Virus record (IMG/VR): IMGVR_UViG_3300043622_000001 | Span: 1 to 53,246 of that record | Reading direction: 5' to 3' (one strand) | DNA from: a virus | Length of the DNA: 53,246 nt | Part shown: one piece after another, positions 40,760 through 49,568 of the stretch | How positions within the stretch are numbered: the stretch's first letter is position 1 | Layout of the letters: the number at the start of each line of letters is the position of its first letter | Made by a program: the position numbers and the translations under genes | The notes under the pieces: model-generated | What the model saw: the letters and a program-made list of their open reading frames with translations, nothing else | What the model was told of the DNA's origin: nothing | The model's database searches: none

Positions 40760-41322
40760 CTCCCGGGCCCGGCGGGCTCGCGGAGCAGGGCGGCGATGCG
40801 CGGCAGCTCTTCCGGCGCCCATCCCGCGAACGACCGCGGCGTGATCGCCTCGTGGCCGGCATAGCGTCCAACGCTCACCAACCGCCGCACCTCCGCTTCC
40901 AGCTCGGCCAGTTCAGTCCGCTGGGCGGCGATGCGGCGCTCCTGCGCCGAAATGGTCTCGGCCGCCGGGTCGTACCCCCGCTGGAGTTCCTTCCTGAGCC
41001 GCTCGTTCTCCGCCTTCGTGGATCGCAGGCGGCGCTCCAGGTCCGGGACGCGCTCCAGGGCGGCCAGGATGGCGGGGAGCTGTATGAGGATCAGATCCGT
41101 CTCGGCGCCCGAGAGCAAGTCGTGACCTCGCGTCTCGACCTCCAGCCGCCGAAGCGCGCCCAGGTCCAGGCCAGCCACGGTCCCCTCCTCGCCGTCCACG
41201 GCCAGCGTCCGGACGTATCGCGCCAGCCGCTCGGCCTCCTCGGTCGTCATGTCCGGCGGCGCCACGATCTCGGCCGTGACGTCCGGGCGGAGCGGAAACG
41301 GGAAGTGCACTAGGCGGGTCAT
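40756..41322 (-). CDS. Hypothetical coiled-coil protein (188 aa)
   Basis: ORF track. 'LERRLRSTKAENERLRKELQ...AELEAEVRRL'. Confidence 0.6.
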   Translation of the reverse strand: MTRLVHFPFPLRPDVTAEIVAPPDMTTEEAERLARYVRTLAVDGEEGTVAGLDLGALRRLEVETRGHDLLSGAETDLILIQLPAILAALERVPDLERRLRSTKAENERLRKELQRGYDPAAETISAQERRIAAQRTELAELEAEVRRLVSVGRYAGHEAITPRSFAGWAPEELPRIAALLREPAGPGR

Positions 41323-41325
41323 GGC

Positions 41326-41568
41326 TCAGCCCTCCTCGGGGTCCACCCGCCGAGCCGGGCACGTCGGGCTCGCGAACAGCCCCTCGCGGCGCTGGCCTGC
41401 CCGCTCCGAGACGGTCCAGTGGCACCGGCAGTCGGGGCAGCGGCGCCAGGACGGCCAGCGGTCGGAGCGCACCAGGCGGCCGTTGCAGCCGAAGCACGCA
41501 CAGTGGCCCTGGTCCAGCAGTGCCACGGCGACCGCGGCGTTGAAGCGCGAGCGGACGGTCAGCGTCAC
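41326..41568 (-). CDS. Cys-rich zinc-finger-like protein (80 aa)
   Basis: GTG 41568 (GTGA overlap). 'HCACFGCNG...CPDCRCH'. Confidence 0.5.
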   Translation of the reverse strand: MTLTVRSRFNAAVAVALLDQGHCACFGCNGRLVRSDRWPSWRRCPDCRCHWTVSERAGQRREGLFASPTCPARRVDPEEG

Positions 41569-42098
41569 GCCGGGTACCTCCAGACCCACAGCGACTTCGG
41601 ACCTCGGCGGACATCGCCGGCCTCGTACTTCGCCCAGGTCGCCGTCTTGCCCGGCGGGTGGCCAGCGTCAGTTCGGACCCGCTCCCAGCCGTCGAAGCGA
41701 TACAGGTCGCCCCGGTGGTGCGCGTTCTGGCTGTACGACACGGCCGCCAGCACCGGCCAGTCCGGCCAGCGCTGCGCGAACACCTCGCGCCAGAGCCGGA
41801 TCATCACCCGACTGGCCCACGACTGGCCGGGAGCCGAGCACAACCTGGCCAGCTCGACGGCCTGGTCGCGCCGCAGATCGGCCACGGTGCCGCTGACGGC
41901 GCTCGCCGACATCGCAAGGCTGATCGGGCGGCCATCGACGAACAGTCCGTAGGCCCGCTGGCTGAACGGACGGTTCAACGGCCCTAGCCGATGCTGCCAC
42001 GCCACCAGCAGCGCGTTCGCCTCGGCCACCGACATCGTCTCCGCGGACACCGGCGCCGTCGCCAGAAGCGGGAGCTGAGCGATCACGGCAGCCCTCAC
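41565..42098 (-). CDS. Hypothetical protein; possible GNAT-fold Mom-like DNA-modification enzyme
   Basis: 177 aa. The pattern 'WQHRLGP...AYGLFVDGRPISLAM...VELARLC...VSYSQNAHHRGDLYRFDGW' recalls Mom/XF1763-type proteins. Recalled from memory, not searched. Confidence 0.3.
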   Translation of the reverse strand: MRAAVIAQLPLLATAPVSAETMSVAEANALLVAWQHRLGPLNRPFSQRAYGLFVDGRPISLAMSASAVSGTVADLRRDQAVELARLCSAPGQSWASRVMIRLWREVFAQRWPDWPVLAAVSYSQNAHHRGDLYRFDGWERVRTDAGHPPGKTATWAKYEAGDVRRGPKSLWVWRYPA

Positions 42099-42571
42099 GC
42101 CGGCCTCCTCCCCGCCTCGTTGCGGTAGTGCTCGAGCAGCCGGTCGAACTGCTCCGGAGCCGTCTTGCTCGTCGCCATCAGGTCCGGCAGCACGGTCAAC
42201 GGGACCCGGTAGCCGGTCGAGCGCAGCAGGTCGACCACGGCCTGCTGGCGGCGGCGGTGCTCCGCGGTCTGTCGGGCCGCCACCTCGGCCAGCACCTTGC
42301 GGTGCTCCTCGGGGCTGAGCGGGTCGATGTCCGCGGGCGGCAGAGCGGCCACGGCCTGGCGCTCGAAGCTCAGCGCGGTGCTGTACAGCGTCCCCGAGTC
42401 CGGCCGGTGCGAGCGGGGCGAACGGGCCAGCAGCGTGATCGCCCGGTCGCAGGCCCTGGCGTCGACCGACTGCACGATGCGCCAGTACTCATCGACCGCC
42501 GCGGCGCTCATCTCGGGCGGCCACAGCAGCGAGATCCGGTCGGACATGACGGCCCACTCGTCGCCGGTCAT
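42095..42571 (-). CDS. Hypothetical protein (158 aa) downstream of the replisome organiser (possible helicase-loader role)
   Basis: ATG 42571 (ATGA overlap). Function is suggested by position only. Confidence 0.5.
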   Translation of the reverse strand: MTGDEWAVMSDRISLLWPPEMSAAAVDEYWRIVQSVDARACDRAITLLARSPRSHRPDSGTLYSTALSFERQAVAALPPADIDPLSPEEHRKVLAEVAARQTAEHRRRQQAVVDLLRSTGYRVPLTVLPDLMATSKTAPEQFDRLLEHYRNEAGRRPA

Positions 42572-43518
42572 GCCTGGAGCTCCGGGCGCTGCGGCCCATC
42601 GATCTGCGCCGCCCACGCCTTGAGTCGGGCCCGCCGGGCCTCGTCGGCGGTCGCCTCCTGGACCAGGCCGATGTCGCCCTGGCCGAGCCCGATGAGCGTG
42701 TCGAGCATCCCCGAGTCCAGCACGTGCTTAGGGTCGTTCAACGGGACTTGGAGCTTGTTGAGGCCCATGTGGTGCTTCGACATCGCCACCCCCCGAGCGG
42801 CGGCTTCGAGTTCAGCGGCGGTGCGGCCGTCCCGGCGCCGCTCGAGGTACAGGCCCCGACTCACCGCATCGCCGCGGAACGAGCGACCGGTGGCAGCGTT
42901 CAGCGTGGCCAGGAACTGCCCATAGCCGTCAGCGAGGTGGTCGTCCGTCGGCTGCTTCCATGGCCCGTTCGGAGGGGGGTCGGGGGGTGGGTTCTTGAGC
43001 GAAGCGAAAGAACCTGTCTCTGTCTCTGTCTCTGTCTCTGTCTGGTGCTTCGTTTGCTTCGTGTTTTCCGGAAGCACATCCGAAGCACCTGCTTCGCCGT
43101 TGCTTGAAGCACCTGCTTCGCGTCTGCTTCGACCGGACGCCATCCCGCCCTCGCGTCCGGCGCGCTGCTTGGCCTCCGCCTTGCCCTCGATCTCCTCGCG
43201 GGTGTCCTGCCACTTCCGGTACTTCAGGATCAGCACCTCGTCGGCCAGCAGCTCCACGAGCTTGACGTCCTCGGCGGCCAGCGCGGCCAGGAAGGTGGTC
43301 ACCTTGTGAGGGGGGTGCTCCATCTTCCGGCCGATCGTGTGGGCGATCCGCATGGGAACGCGGCCGTCGGTGCGCTTGTCGCGGCTCCAGCCGTTGAGAG
43401 CCGCGAGGAAGAGGAAGGCGCTGTCGCGCAGCTTGGGTGGTATCGCCTGATACTTCTCGTCGTCGGGGAAGGTGGCGTCCCACCGGATGTAGAGCCGGTC
43501 GAGCTTCTTGGCCGTCAC
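42568..43518 (-). CDS. Replication initiation / replisome organiser protein with an internal origin
   Basis: 316 aa. N-terminal wHTH-like domain, a low-complexity linker ('TETETETE'), and a C-terminal 'GYGQFLATLNAATGRSFRG...LYLERRRDGRTAAELEAAARGV' resembling the conserved phage replication C-terminal domain. Iterons lie inside the linker-coding DNA. Confidence 0.6.
   Translation of the reverse strand: MTAKKLDRLYIRWDATFPDDEKYQAIPPKLRDSAFLFLAALNGWSRDKRTDGRVPMRIAHTIGRKMEHPPHKVTTFLAALAAEDVKLVELLADEVLILKYRKWQDTREEIEGKAEAKQRAGREGGMASGRSRREAGASSNGEAGASDVLPENTKQTKHQTETETETETGSFASLKNPPPDPPPNGPWKQPTDDHLADGYGQFLATLNAATGRSFRGDAVSRGLYLERRRDGRTAAELEAAARGVAMSKHHMGLNKLQVPLNDPKHVLDSGMLDTLIGLGQGDIGLVQEATADEARRARLKAWAAQIDGPQRPELQA
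43015..43131. repeat. Iteron cluster / candidate origin of replication inside the organiser gene
   Basis: (TGTCTC)x5 at 43015-43044, then TGCTTCG at 43046, 43055, 43090, 43114 and 43125. Palindromes CGAAGCACCTGCTTCG (43081-43096) and GAAGCACCTGCTTC (43106-43119). Locally reduced GC. Confidence 0.6.
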
Positions 43519-43748
43519 CGCGCCTCCTGCGCGGCCCGCAGCGCCCGCACGACCTCGGCGACGAACGCCGACTGCTCCGCCTGCCCGAAGCTCAGGCCGG
43601 CCCTGTGGCGCCGCTCGCGCTCACGAGGAAGGGCGGCCCTGATGGCCGCCCACTCCTCGTGGCTGTACGGAGAGCCGGTGTCGACGGGCGGCTCCGGCAT
43701 GCGCGCCTCCTCCAGCGGCAGCTCGAGCACGACGGCCGCCTCAGCCAT
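43515..43748 (-). CDS. Hypothetical protein (77 aa)
   Basis: ORF track with coupled overlaps at both ends. Confidence 0.55.
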   Translation of the reverse strand: MAEAAVVLELPLEEARMPEPPVDTGSPYSHEEWAAIRAALPRERERRHRAGLSFGQAEQSAFVAEVVRALRAAQEAR

Positions 43749-44331
43749 CTGAGTTGGCCTCCAGCGCCTTGCCGGAGCCAGCGGGCGCGAGAGTCGCCGG
43801 CGGCGTGGGCCGATACACCGCCAGCATTGATGCGAAGAACGGCCTGCCTACCGTCGTTCCGTCCCTCCCGATGAATCGCTGGCGCCCGCGTATGAACCGG
43901 ACCTCGGCGAAGGGCAGCACCAGATCGTGGAACCAGTCACGGTCGGTCCGCGCGGGCAGCAGGCAGACCACGAGGCTTCCTTCCGCCGCTGCAACCCGCG
44001 CCTGCTGCAGCCACTCCGCGACCGACGAGTAGGGCGGGTTGCAGAACGTGCGCGCCGGCGCCCACCGCAGCCGCAACCCGTCATCCGCTTCCGTGAAGAA
44101 CCGCGGCGCCTTGGCCGTGCGCGGCGTGGCGCACGGGTCCAGCTCGAACGGCCCGAACTCGGCCTCGAGTGCGTACACAACCTCCCAAGGCGTCTCCCAA
44201 TGGTCGGGAGTCCAGTCCTCGCGACCCCAGGGAGCGATCTCCTCGGCGAGCGGGAGCTGGCCCGCAGCCGCCACCCTTCGCTGGCGCGCGTCGTAGATGG
44301 CTCGGCCACGCCGGCCTTGCGCCACCATCAC
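43741..44331 (-). CDS. DNA N6-adenine methyltransferase (phage Dam family)
   Basis: 'DHWETPWEVV', 'FELDPCAT', 'FCNPPYS', 'LLPARTDRDWFH', 'RFIRGRQRF': the full phage Dam-family motif set. Confidence 0.9.
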   Translation of the reverse strand: MMVAQGRRGRAIYDARQRRVAAAGQLPLAEEIAPWGREDWTPDHWETPWEVVYALEAEFGPFELDPCATPRTAKAPRFFTEADDGLRLRWAPARTFCNPPYSSVAEWLQQARVAAAEGSLVVCLLPARTDRDWFHDLVLPFAEVRFIRGRQRFIGRDGTTVGRPFFASMLAVYRPTPPATLAPAGSGKALEANSDG

Positions 44332-44891
44332 CGTTCACGCTCCCCCGCCCGCATGGCCGCCAGCCGCCGGCGCCAGGTCGGCCACACGCGCCAGCAGGTC
44401 CCCCGGGCGACGCACACGAGCCCGGCCGGCAGCAGCCGCCGCATGACCTCCAGCTGGTCCGCCGTCTCCCGGTCGACATCCGCGCACGGAACGCCTTCGC
44501 CCTGGTCGGCGAGCCACTCGCAGACCGCCTCCCACTGGTCCATCTCCTCGGCGTCGAAGGTGTCCGGAACCCGGGCCTTCGCTGGCTCCGGCTCGCGCAG
44601 CCGGAACAGCAGCTCCTGCACGTCGAACACCGCGTCCAACGCTGCCTGCGTGCGCACGCCGTCGGCGAACCCCGGCCGGTACTCGCGCGGCAGCGTGGCC
44701 AGCAGGCGCCGGACCTCCACCAGCCGCCAGTGAGGGACCGTCGCCACGTCGGCGAGGTTCAGCCCCTCCAGGAGCCACAGGCAGCGGTCGGTGGCCGCCA
44801 CCCAGGTCGGGAACCGGTAGCGCCGCTCGTTGGCCTGCGCGACCTCCTCGCGCGCCGTAGCGACCGCCAGGGACGCTCCTGACAGGCTCAC
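44328..44891 (-). CDS. Hypothetical protein (187 aa)
   Basis: GTG 44891 (GTGA overlap) within ORF 44328..44960. Confidence 0.55.
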   Translation of the reverse strand: MSLSGASLAVATAREEVAQANERRYRFPTWVAATDRCLWLLEGLNLADVATVPHWRLVEVRRLLATLPREYRPGFADGVRTQAALDAVFDVQELLFRLREPEPAKARVPDTFDAEEMDQWEAVCEWLADQGEGVPCADVDRETADQLEVMRRLLPAGLVCVARGTCWRVWPTWRRRLAAMRAGERER

Positions 44892-45658
44892 GACGCCGAC
44901 CCCACCGCCGCCACCGCGGCCCGAGCCTCGCGGACGACGTCGAGCGCGCCGCACGTGCACTCCTCGCCGTAGCTGCGGTGGAACGCCATCGGGCAGCCGG
45001 CGCGCTCGGAGTGGTTGACCAGCGCGAGCATCCGCTCGACGAGGTCGTCGAGGCGGCGCACCTCATCGTCACGTGAGGCGCGTCCCAGCCCAAACAACGC
45101 GTCTCCGATCCGCCGGTCGACCTCCTTGTCGGGCTCGCTCAGCATGTGGTACGGCACGAGCCACGAGGGCTTGGGATTGGGCTGCTCCTCGGCCCAGGCG
45201 ATCCAGACGGCGCGCACCAGCGCCCCTCGATCGTCCCGGGCCGTGGGCGATGCGGCCTCCATCGCCGCCTCCAGCGGTCCGAGCTTGTTGAGGTAGCCGT
45301 CCATGTCGCGAACCGCGGCCTCGTAGTCCTCGCGAAGCTGGTCGATCTCGCCCAGCAGGAACTCGATGTCCGCCGGGGCGTTGGCGATCAGCTCAGCGTC
45401 GGGGTGGACGACGTCGATCACGTCGTCCCGGTAGGGCACCTCGCGCACGGCGAACTTGCGGATGGACTCGAGCAGGCCGCCGGCGTTCACGCGGAAGGAG
45501 GTCCAGTGGAACCCGGCCCGCTCGGGTGCCAGCACGACGTCCCCGAAGCGCCCGCCGCGCAGCTCGATGCCCTGGTTCAGGTATCCACGCCAGCGCCACG
45601 GCCCCGGCGTTGCCGCCGACAGCCGCGCCTTGATCTGATCGATCCGGTCCTCAGCCAC
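44888..45658 (-). CDS. Hypothetical protein (256 aa), Ead/Ea22-like N-terminus
   Basis: ORF track. 'RLSAATPGPWRWRG' is a motif common in early phage proteins. Confidence 0.6.
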   Translation of the reverse strand: MAEDRIDQIKARLSAATPGPWRWRGYLNQGIELRGGRFGDVVLAPERAGFHWTSFRVNAGGLLESIRKFAVREVPYRDDVIDVVHPDAELIANAPADIEFLLGEIDQLREDYEAAVRDMDGYLNKLGPLEAAMEAASPTARDDRGALVRAVWIAWAEEQPNPKPSWLVPYHMLSEPDKEVDRRIGDALFGLGRASRDDEVRRLDDLVERMLALVNHSERAGCPMAFHRSYGEECTCGALDVVREARAAVAAVGSAS

Positions 45659-46514
45659 GGTCGTTGTCTCCGGGCCCGTCCTCGGCCCCTCCCCCGCTCG
45701 TCGCGCCCGCCTGCTCCGCGATGGAGCCCTGCACGACGTTCTCCGGCCGCAGGCCGCTCCCGGGGGTCCAGATCGACGCGCGCTCGTCGCCGGCCAGGGC
45801 CGCGTTCCACTCGATCGACGCGGGCATGTACTTCTTGCCCTGGAGCACGCAGGTCTTCTCGGCCATCTCGTCGAAGTTGGTCCGCCACGGCGAGGACGCG
45901 TCCTTCTGCTGGTAGGAGCGGCTGTAGCGCTGGGCGTGCTCCTCGACGTCCTCGCGGGTCATGAACTCGATGTGGCGCCCGCCGTTGACGTAGCGAACGA
46001 CCGCGTAGTACGCGTAGGCGGGACCGCGGCGGCCCCGCGTCGGCCGCTTGTGCCCGACGACGTTGGCGCCCTGGTCGTAGAAGAACTCGTCGCCCTCGCA
46101 CACGCTGGCGGCGTTGATGTCTTGGAGCAGCGCCGATCGCCACGCGAGCTGGACGACGCCGGGGTAGCCGAGCACGAAGGTGGCCACGCCCTTGAAGGGC
46201 AGGATCCAGGCGTGCCCGAGGGCGGGTCCGGGCTCCAGCTTGACCGTGGCGCACTGCAGGAGCGCGCCGGCCATGCTCTGCCAGGAGCACTCGGCGAGCT
46301 TGGGGATGCGCTGCGTCTCCGTCAGGCCGGCCTGAAGGAAGCGGCGGACCATGTCCTTGTCGTTGAGGGTCCGCATCATCTCGCCGCGGAAGGCTTCGTA
46401 CTGGAACAGCTGCATGACGTTGGCCGGCCGCGCGCCGGGCTTCGCCATCTGGGTGCCGGCCTGCTGCGCGGCGTCCGCCTGGCGCAGGCGGTCCACCAGT
46501 TCACTCCCGGCCAT
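45651..46514 (-). CDS. recT: RecT-family single-strand annealing protein
   Basis: 287 aa. 'LLQCATVKLEPG...HAWILPF...VLGYPGVVQLA...YYAVVRYVNGG...FMTREDVE...SPWRTNFDEMAEKT'. Paired with the upstream exonuclease. Confidence 0.9.
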   Translation of the reverse strand: MAGSELVDRLRQADAAQQAGTQMAKPGARPANVMQLFQYEAFRGEMMRTLNDKDMVRRFLQAGLTETQRIPKLAECSWQSMAGALLQCATVKLEPGPALGHAWILPFKGVATFVLGYPGVVQLAWRSALLQDINAASVCEGDEFFYDQGANVVGHKRPTRGRRGPAYAYYAVVRYVNGGRHIEFMTREDVEEHAQRYSRSYQQKDASSPWRTNFDEMAEKTCVLQGKKYMPASIEWNAALAGDERASIWTPGSGLRPENVVQGSIAEQAGATSGGGAEDGPGDNDRG

Positions 46515-47424
46515 CTTCGATACCTCCCACCACGGTGAGCTTTCGGTACTCCGTGGCCTTGACGGTGTAGCCCTTGCGCTGGATCAGCGGCCAGCGCACG
46601 ACCGGACGCCCGCCGACGGTCCCGACCTCGGCATCGCCCATGAGGGCCATCAGCTTGTTGGCGGCCGTCTGCCTGCGGTCCTTGGCCTCTCGCTCGGCCA
46701 TGGATGCGCGCAGGAAGTCGGCGATGAGCGCGGTGGCCGTGGCCGGCAGCTCCGTCGTGTCGCGTGACGGACGGGCGAACGCAGCCCGCAGCGCCTCGGC
46801 GGTCTTGGTCGAGCCGTCCACGTCGGGTGGCTCGCCGCCGAGCACGTTCTTGCGCCAGAAGCGCTCCTCCATCTCCATCAGCTCGGAGATGGCGCCCTCG
46901 TCGCGGTCAATCTGGAACCAGAGGAAGGAGTCGCCGCGCAGCAGCACGGCCACGTAGGCGCGCTCCGCCTCGTCCACGGCGATCTGGTGCTGGGCCTGGA
47001 TGACGATGTGCAGCGGCACCCCGTCCGTCCACTGCCCGTCCAGGCCGTTCGACGTCTTGACCTCGACCACGCCGAAGGGCGGGGCCTGATGACCGTCAGA
47101 GTCCTGATAGGCCCGACCGTCGAGGGTGGCCCGCATCCACTCGTAGCCCGGACGCACGATGGCGATCTGGCGGTCGCGGACCTCGATGCCGGTGTCCTCG
47201 GTGAACCACTCGATGACGACGGGCTCCAGCAGCCGGCCCGCGCGCCGCGCCCGGTCCTCCGGGCGCTCCAGCGGGATCAGGCCCCGCTTGTCCGCCCAGA
47301 CGGTCCAGGGGTTGCCGAAGGGCGACAGGCCGACCACGGCGGCGGCGTCCGAGCCGCCGATGCCCTCGCGCCTCCACTCCAGCCAGTCGTGGCGGTTGCT
47401 CTGGACGACGTGCAGGACGCTCAT
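46501..47424 (-). CDS. YqaJ/lambda-Exo-like recombination exonuclease
   Basis: ATG 47424 (ATGA overlap) within ORF 46501..47709. 'WLEWRREGIGGSDAAAVVGLSPFGNPWTVWADKRG', 'VVEVKTS', 'IQAQHQIAV'. Confidence 0.85.
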   Translation of the reverse strand: MSVLHVVQSNRHDWLEWRREGIGGSDAAAVVGLSPFGNPWTVWADKRGLIPLERPEDRARRAGRLLEPVVIEWFTEDTGIEVRDRQIAIVRPGYEWMRATLDGRAYQDSDGHQAPPFGVVEVKTSNGLDGQWTDGVPLHIVIQAQHQIAVDEAERAYVAVLLRGDSFLWFQIDRDEGAISELMEMEERFWRKNVLGGEPPDVDGSTKTAEALRAAFARPSRDTTELPATATALIADFLRASMAEREAKDRRQTAANKLMALMGDAEVGTVGGRPVVRWPLIQRKGYTVKATEYRKLTVVGGIEDGRE

Positions 47425-47678
47425 CCCCGCCCTCCCAGCTGCTCCACGTCGGCGTGCACCGTGCCCGGAGCCACGTCCTCGACGCGCTCGGCCTGCTGGC
47501 GGACGATCCGCTGCAGCGAGCGCACGGTTGCCACCAGCCGCCGCGCCTCCTCCAGATCCGGAGCGATCCCGGAGCGGAGCCGGCACTCGATGTCGGCGAG
47601 GGCGACCGGCAGCAGCACGGCCGGCTCGACGCGGGGCCTGACGCCGGCGTTCCAGGCGGCGTGGGCCGGGCGGGTCAC
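47421..47678 (-). CDS. Hypothetical protein (85 aa)
   Basis: ORF track, coupled. Confidence 0.5.
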   Translation of the reverse strand: MTRPAHAAWNAGVRPRVEPAVLLPVALADIECRLRSGIAPDLEEARRLVATVRSLQRIVRQQAERVEDVAPGTVHADVEQLGGRG

Positions 47679-48031
47679 GATGCCCTCCGGAGCAGCGCGA
47701 TGACGTCATCCTTCGACCGGCCTACGGCGTCGTTCCACAGCCCGAGCACGTCGAGCAGGTAGCTGGTGTCGTGGTCGTCGGCGTCGTCCGGGTCGGCCGG
47801 CATCACTTCGAGGCCGAGAGCGTCGATGGCCTCCCGCACCGCCGGCGTCCACACGTCGAGGTCGTCGACGAAGAGGAGTGCCTTGGGGTCGAGATCGAAG
47901 GCGCCGATGATGGCGCCAGCCAGGCAGACCTGGCCGAACTCGTCGACGAAGGCGCTCTGGCACCAGCCGCGGTCCTCGATGATCTGGGCGGCGCGCTCGC
48001 GCCAGGCGGTAGCGACGGCGTCCTGCTTCAC
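47675..48031 (-). CDS. Hypothetical protein (118 aa), conserved actinophage/Streptomyces small-protein type
   Basis: GTG 48031 (GTGA). 'RGWCQSAFVDEFGQVCLAGAI...LWNDAVGRSKDDVIALL'. Confidence 0.55.
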   Translation of the reverse strand: MKQDAVATAWRERAAQIIEDRGWCQSAFVDEFGQVCLAGAIIGAFDLDPKALLFVDDLDVWTPAVREAIDALGLEVMPADPDDADDHDTSYLLDVLGLWNDAVGRSKDDVIALLRRAS

Positions 48032-48456
48032 GACCCCTCCTCCCCGTTCAGCCGCGCGACCACCAGCCGCGGCGGCTCCCAGCCGGTGTCCTCGGGGATC
48101 GCCGAGGACCACCACGAGGCCCGGCCACCGTCGCTGAGCCGGCGGTTCCCGCCCGCGTTCTGCACCAGCCACGCCGACACCTGCTCCGAGGTCAGGTGGC
48201 CGATCAGCTTGCGCATCTCGGGCGCGATGGCGAAGCCCCACCGGCCGTGGCCGTCGATGAGCGCCGCGCCGTAGTGCTGGACCAGCGTCTCCAGCGCCAG
48301 GCGCCGGTCGCGCTCCTCGTCGAAGCGGCGGTGCCAGAGCAGGCCCGCCCGGTCGGCCTCGACGCACTCGCGGCGCAGGCGGATGTTCGTGATCGCCAGG
48401 CCCAGCGCGATCCCGACGACCGCGAGCAGGAGGACCAGCAGGACGATGACCTGCAT
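48028..48456 (-). CDS. N-terminally membrane-anchored hypothetical protein (142 aa)
   Basis: ATG 48456 with an AAGGAGG Shine-Dalgarno. 'MQVIVLLVLLLAVVGIALGLAI'. Confidence 0.55.
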   Translation of the reverse strand: MQVIVLLVLLLAVVGIALGLAITNIRLRRECVEADRAGLLWHRRFDEERDRRLALETLVQHYGAALIDGHGRWGFAIAPEMRKLIGHLTSEQVSAWLVQNAGGNRRLSDGGRASWWSSAIPEDTGWEPPRLVVARLNGEEGS

Positions 48457-49052
48457 CACGACCCCTCCTTGGCGTGGCCCTGGATGGCCGGCATGACGAC
48501 GGTCTCCATCCACGTCCTGGCGTGGGCGCCGGACTGGAGCAGCTCGCCCAGTCGGTCGTACCGGTCTTCGCCACCGTGGACGTCGCCGGTGAACTCGTTC
48601 CGCCAGCTCCAACGAACGCCCTTTGCGTCCAGCCACAGCCCGAGCCGGGCCACGAGCCGCGCGTGCAGGTCGCCGCAGCCGCCGTGCTCGTCGGCATAGC
48701 TGTAGGCGGTGTCGAAGTCGATGTCCAGCCAGCACGCGACCGGGTGGTAGACGCCGTCGCAATCTGGCTCGCACCATTCGTCGTGCTTGGCCGCCTGCTC
48801 CTGCGTCCGGAACGGCGCGCCCGGCCGGTAGTTGACCAGCAGCCAGGCGGGCAGGCCCTGGCCGGCATCGTTGCAGATCGTCCAGTAGCCATCTGGCTTG
48901 ACGATCCGCTCGCTGTCCGGGCCGTACCTCAGCAGCTCCTGCTGATTCGTGAAGCTGATTCGAGGCGTGCAGCCGAGCAGCTCGCGGCAGAAGTGGAACG
49001 CCTCCTCGGCCGCGATCTCATCGAGCACGTAGACATGGGTGGACAGGGTCAC
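48456..49052 (-). CDS. Hypothetical protein (198 aa)
   Basis: GTG 49052 (GTGA) within ORF 48456..49274. Cys/Trp/Asp-rich, globular-looking. Confidence 0.55.
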   Translation of the reverse strand: MTLSTHVYVLDEIAAEEAFHFCRELLGCTPRISFTNQQELLRYGPDSERIVKPDGYWTICNDAGQGLPAWLLVNYRPGAPFRTQEQAAKHDEWCEPDCDGVYHPVACWLDIDFDTAYSYADEHGGCGDLHARLVARLGLWLDAKGVRWSWRNEFTGDVHGGEDRYDRLGELLQSGAHARTWMETVVMPAIQGHAKEGS

Positions 49053-49309
49053 GACCCCTCCTCGACGAGCCGGTATCCGGTGCTCGTCGGCCTGAAGCGG
49101 TCGACGCGGATCTCCAGCCACCGGCCGACCGGCTCTCGGTTGGGGCCGACGAGCCGTCGGCACCGTGCGATCGGAACGCTGACGGCGCGGTTGTCGCGCG
49201 TCCAGACGGTCTGCTCGTCCAGTGCGTAGACCTTCAGGAGGCGCTCGCCGCTCCGCTTGTCGTTGTCCTTCCACACCTGGCCGACGCGGACCCCGGGCTG
49301 CTCAGCCAT
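49049..49309 (-). CDS. Hypothetical protein (86 aa)
   Basis: ORF track. 'VRVGQVWKDNDKRSGERLLKVYALD', SH3-like small beta protein. Confidence 0.55.
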   Translation of the reverse strand: MAEQPGVRVGQVWKDNDKRSGERLLKVYALDEQTVWTRDNRAVSVPIARCRRLVGPNREPVGRWLEIRVDRFRPTSTGYRLVEEGS

Positions 49310-49568
49310 GGCAGGCCGCCTCCGTCTCGATGGCGGCCCGGGCCGCCATCGCCGCGATCTGGACGAGCTCGACCCACATCGAGGCGGGGCGGCGCTCCGA
49401 TCTCCGCTTCCGCACCTCCTCCCAGTACTCGTCGAGTTCCTCGAGGATCACGGCATATGCTTCGTGGGAGCTGTTCATCGGCGCGTGCAAGGACTGCGCA
49501 CGCTCGAGCTCGTCGGCGACGGCCTCCAAGAAATCGCCTGCTCCCAGCCGCACCTCGGGCGTGGTCAC
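49302..49568 (-). CDS. MazG-like nucleotide pyrophosphohydrolase (88 aa)
   Basis: GTG 49568 (GTGA). 'HEAYAVILEELDEYWEEVRKR...ELVQIAAMAARA' resembles all-alpha NTP-PPase cores. Confidence 0.4.
   Translation of the reverse strand: MTTPEVRLGAGDFLEAVADELERAQSLHAPMNSSHEAYAVILEELDEYWEEVRKRRSERRPASMWVELVQIAAMAARAAIETEAACHG

Noticed and set aside
42971-42991. The G-run GGAGGGGGGTCGGGGGGTGGG next to the iterons considered as a G-quadruplex.
   Set aside because: It cannot be parsed into four G3 tracts with loops of at least 1 nt. It simply encodes a Pro-rich peptide (PPPDPPP) on the other strand.
43015-43044. The TGTCTC tandem hexamers considered as a CRISPR-like array or simple microsatellite.
   Set aside because: The units are 6 bp with no spacers and lie inside a coding linker (they encode TETETE). 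I interpreted them together with the adjacent iterons as part of an origin, not as CRISPR.
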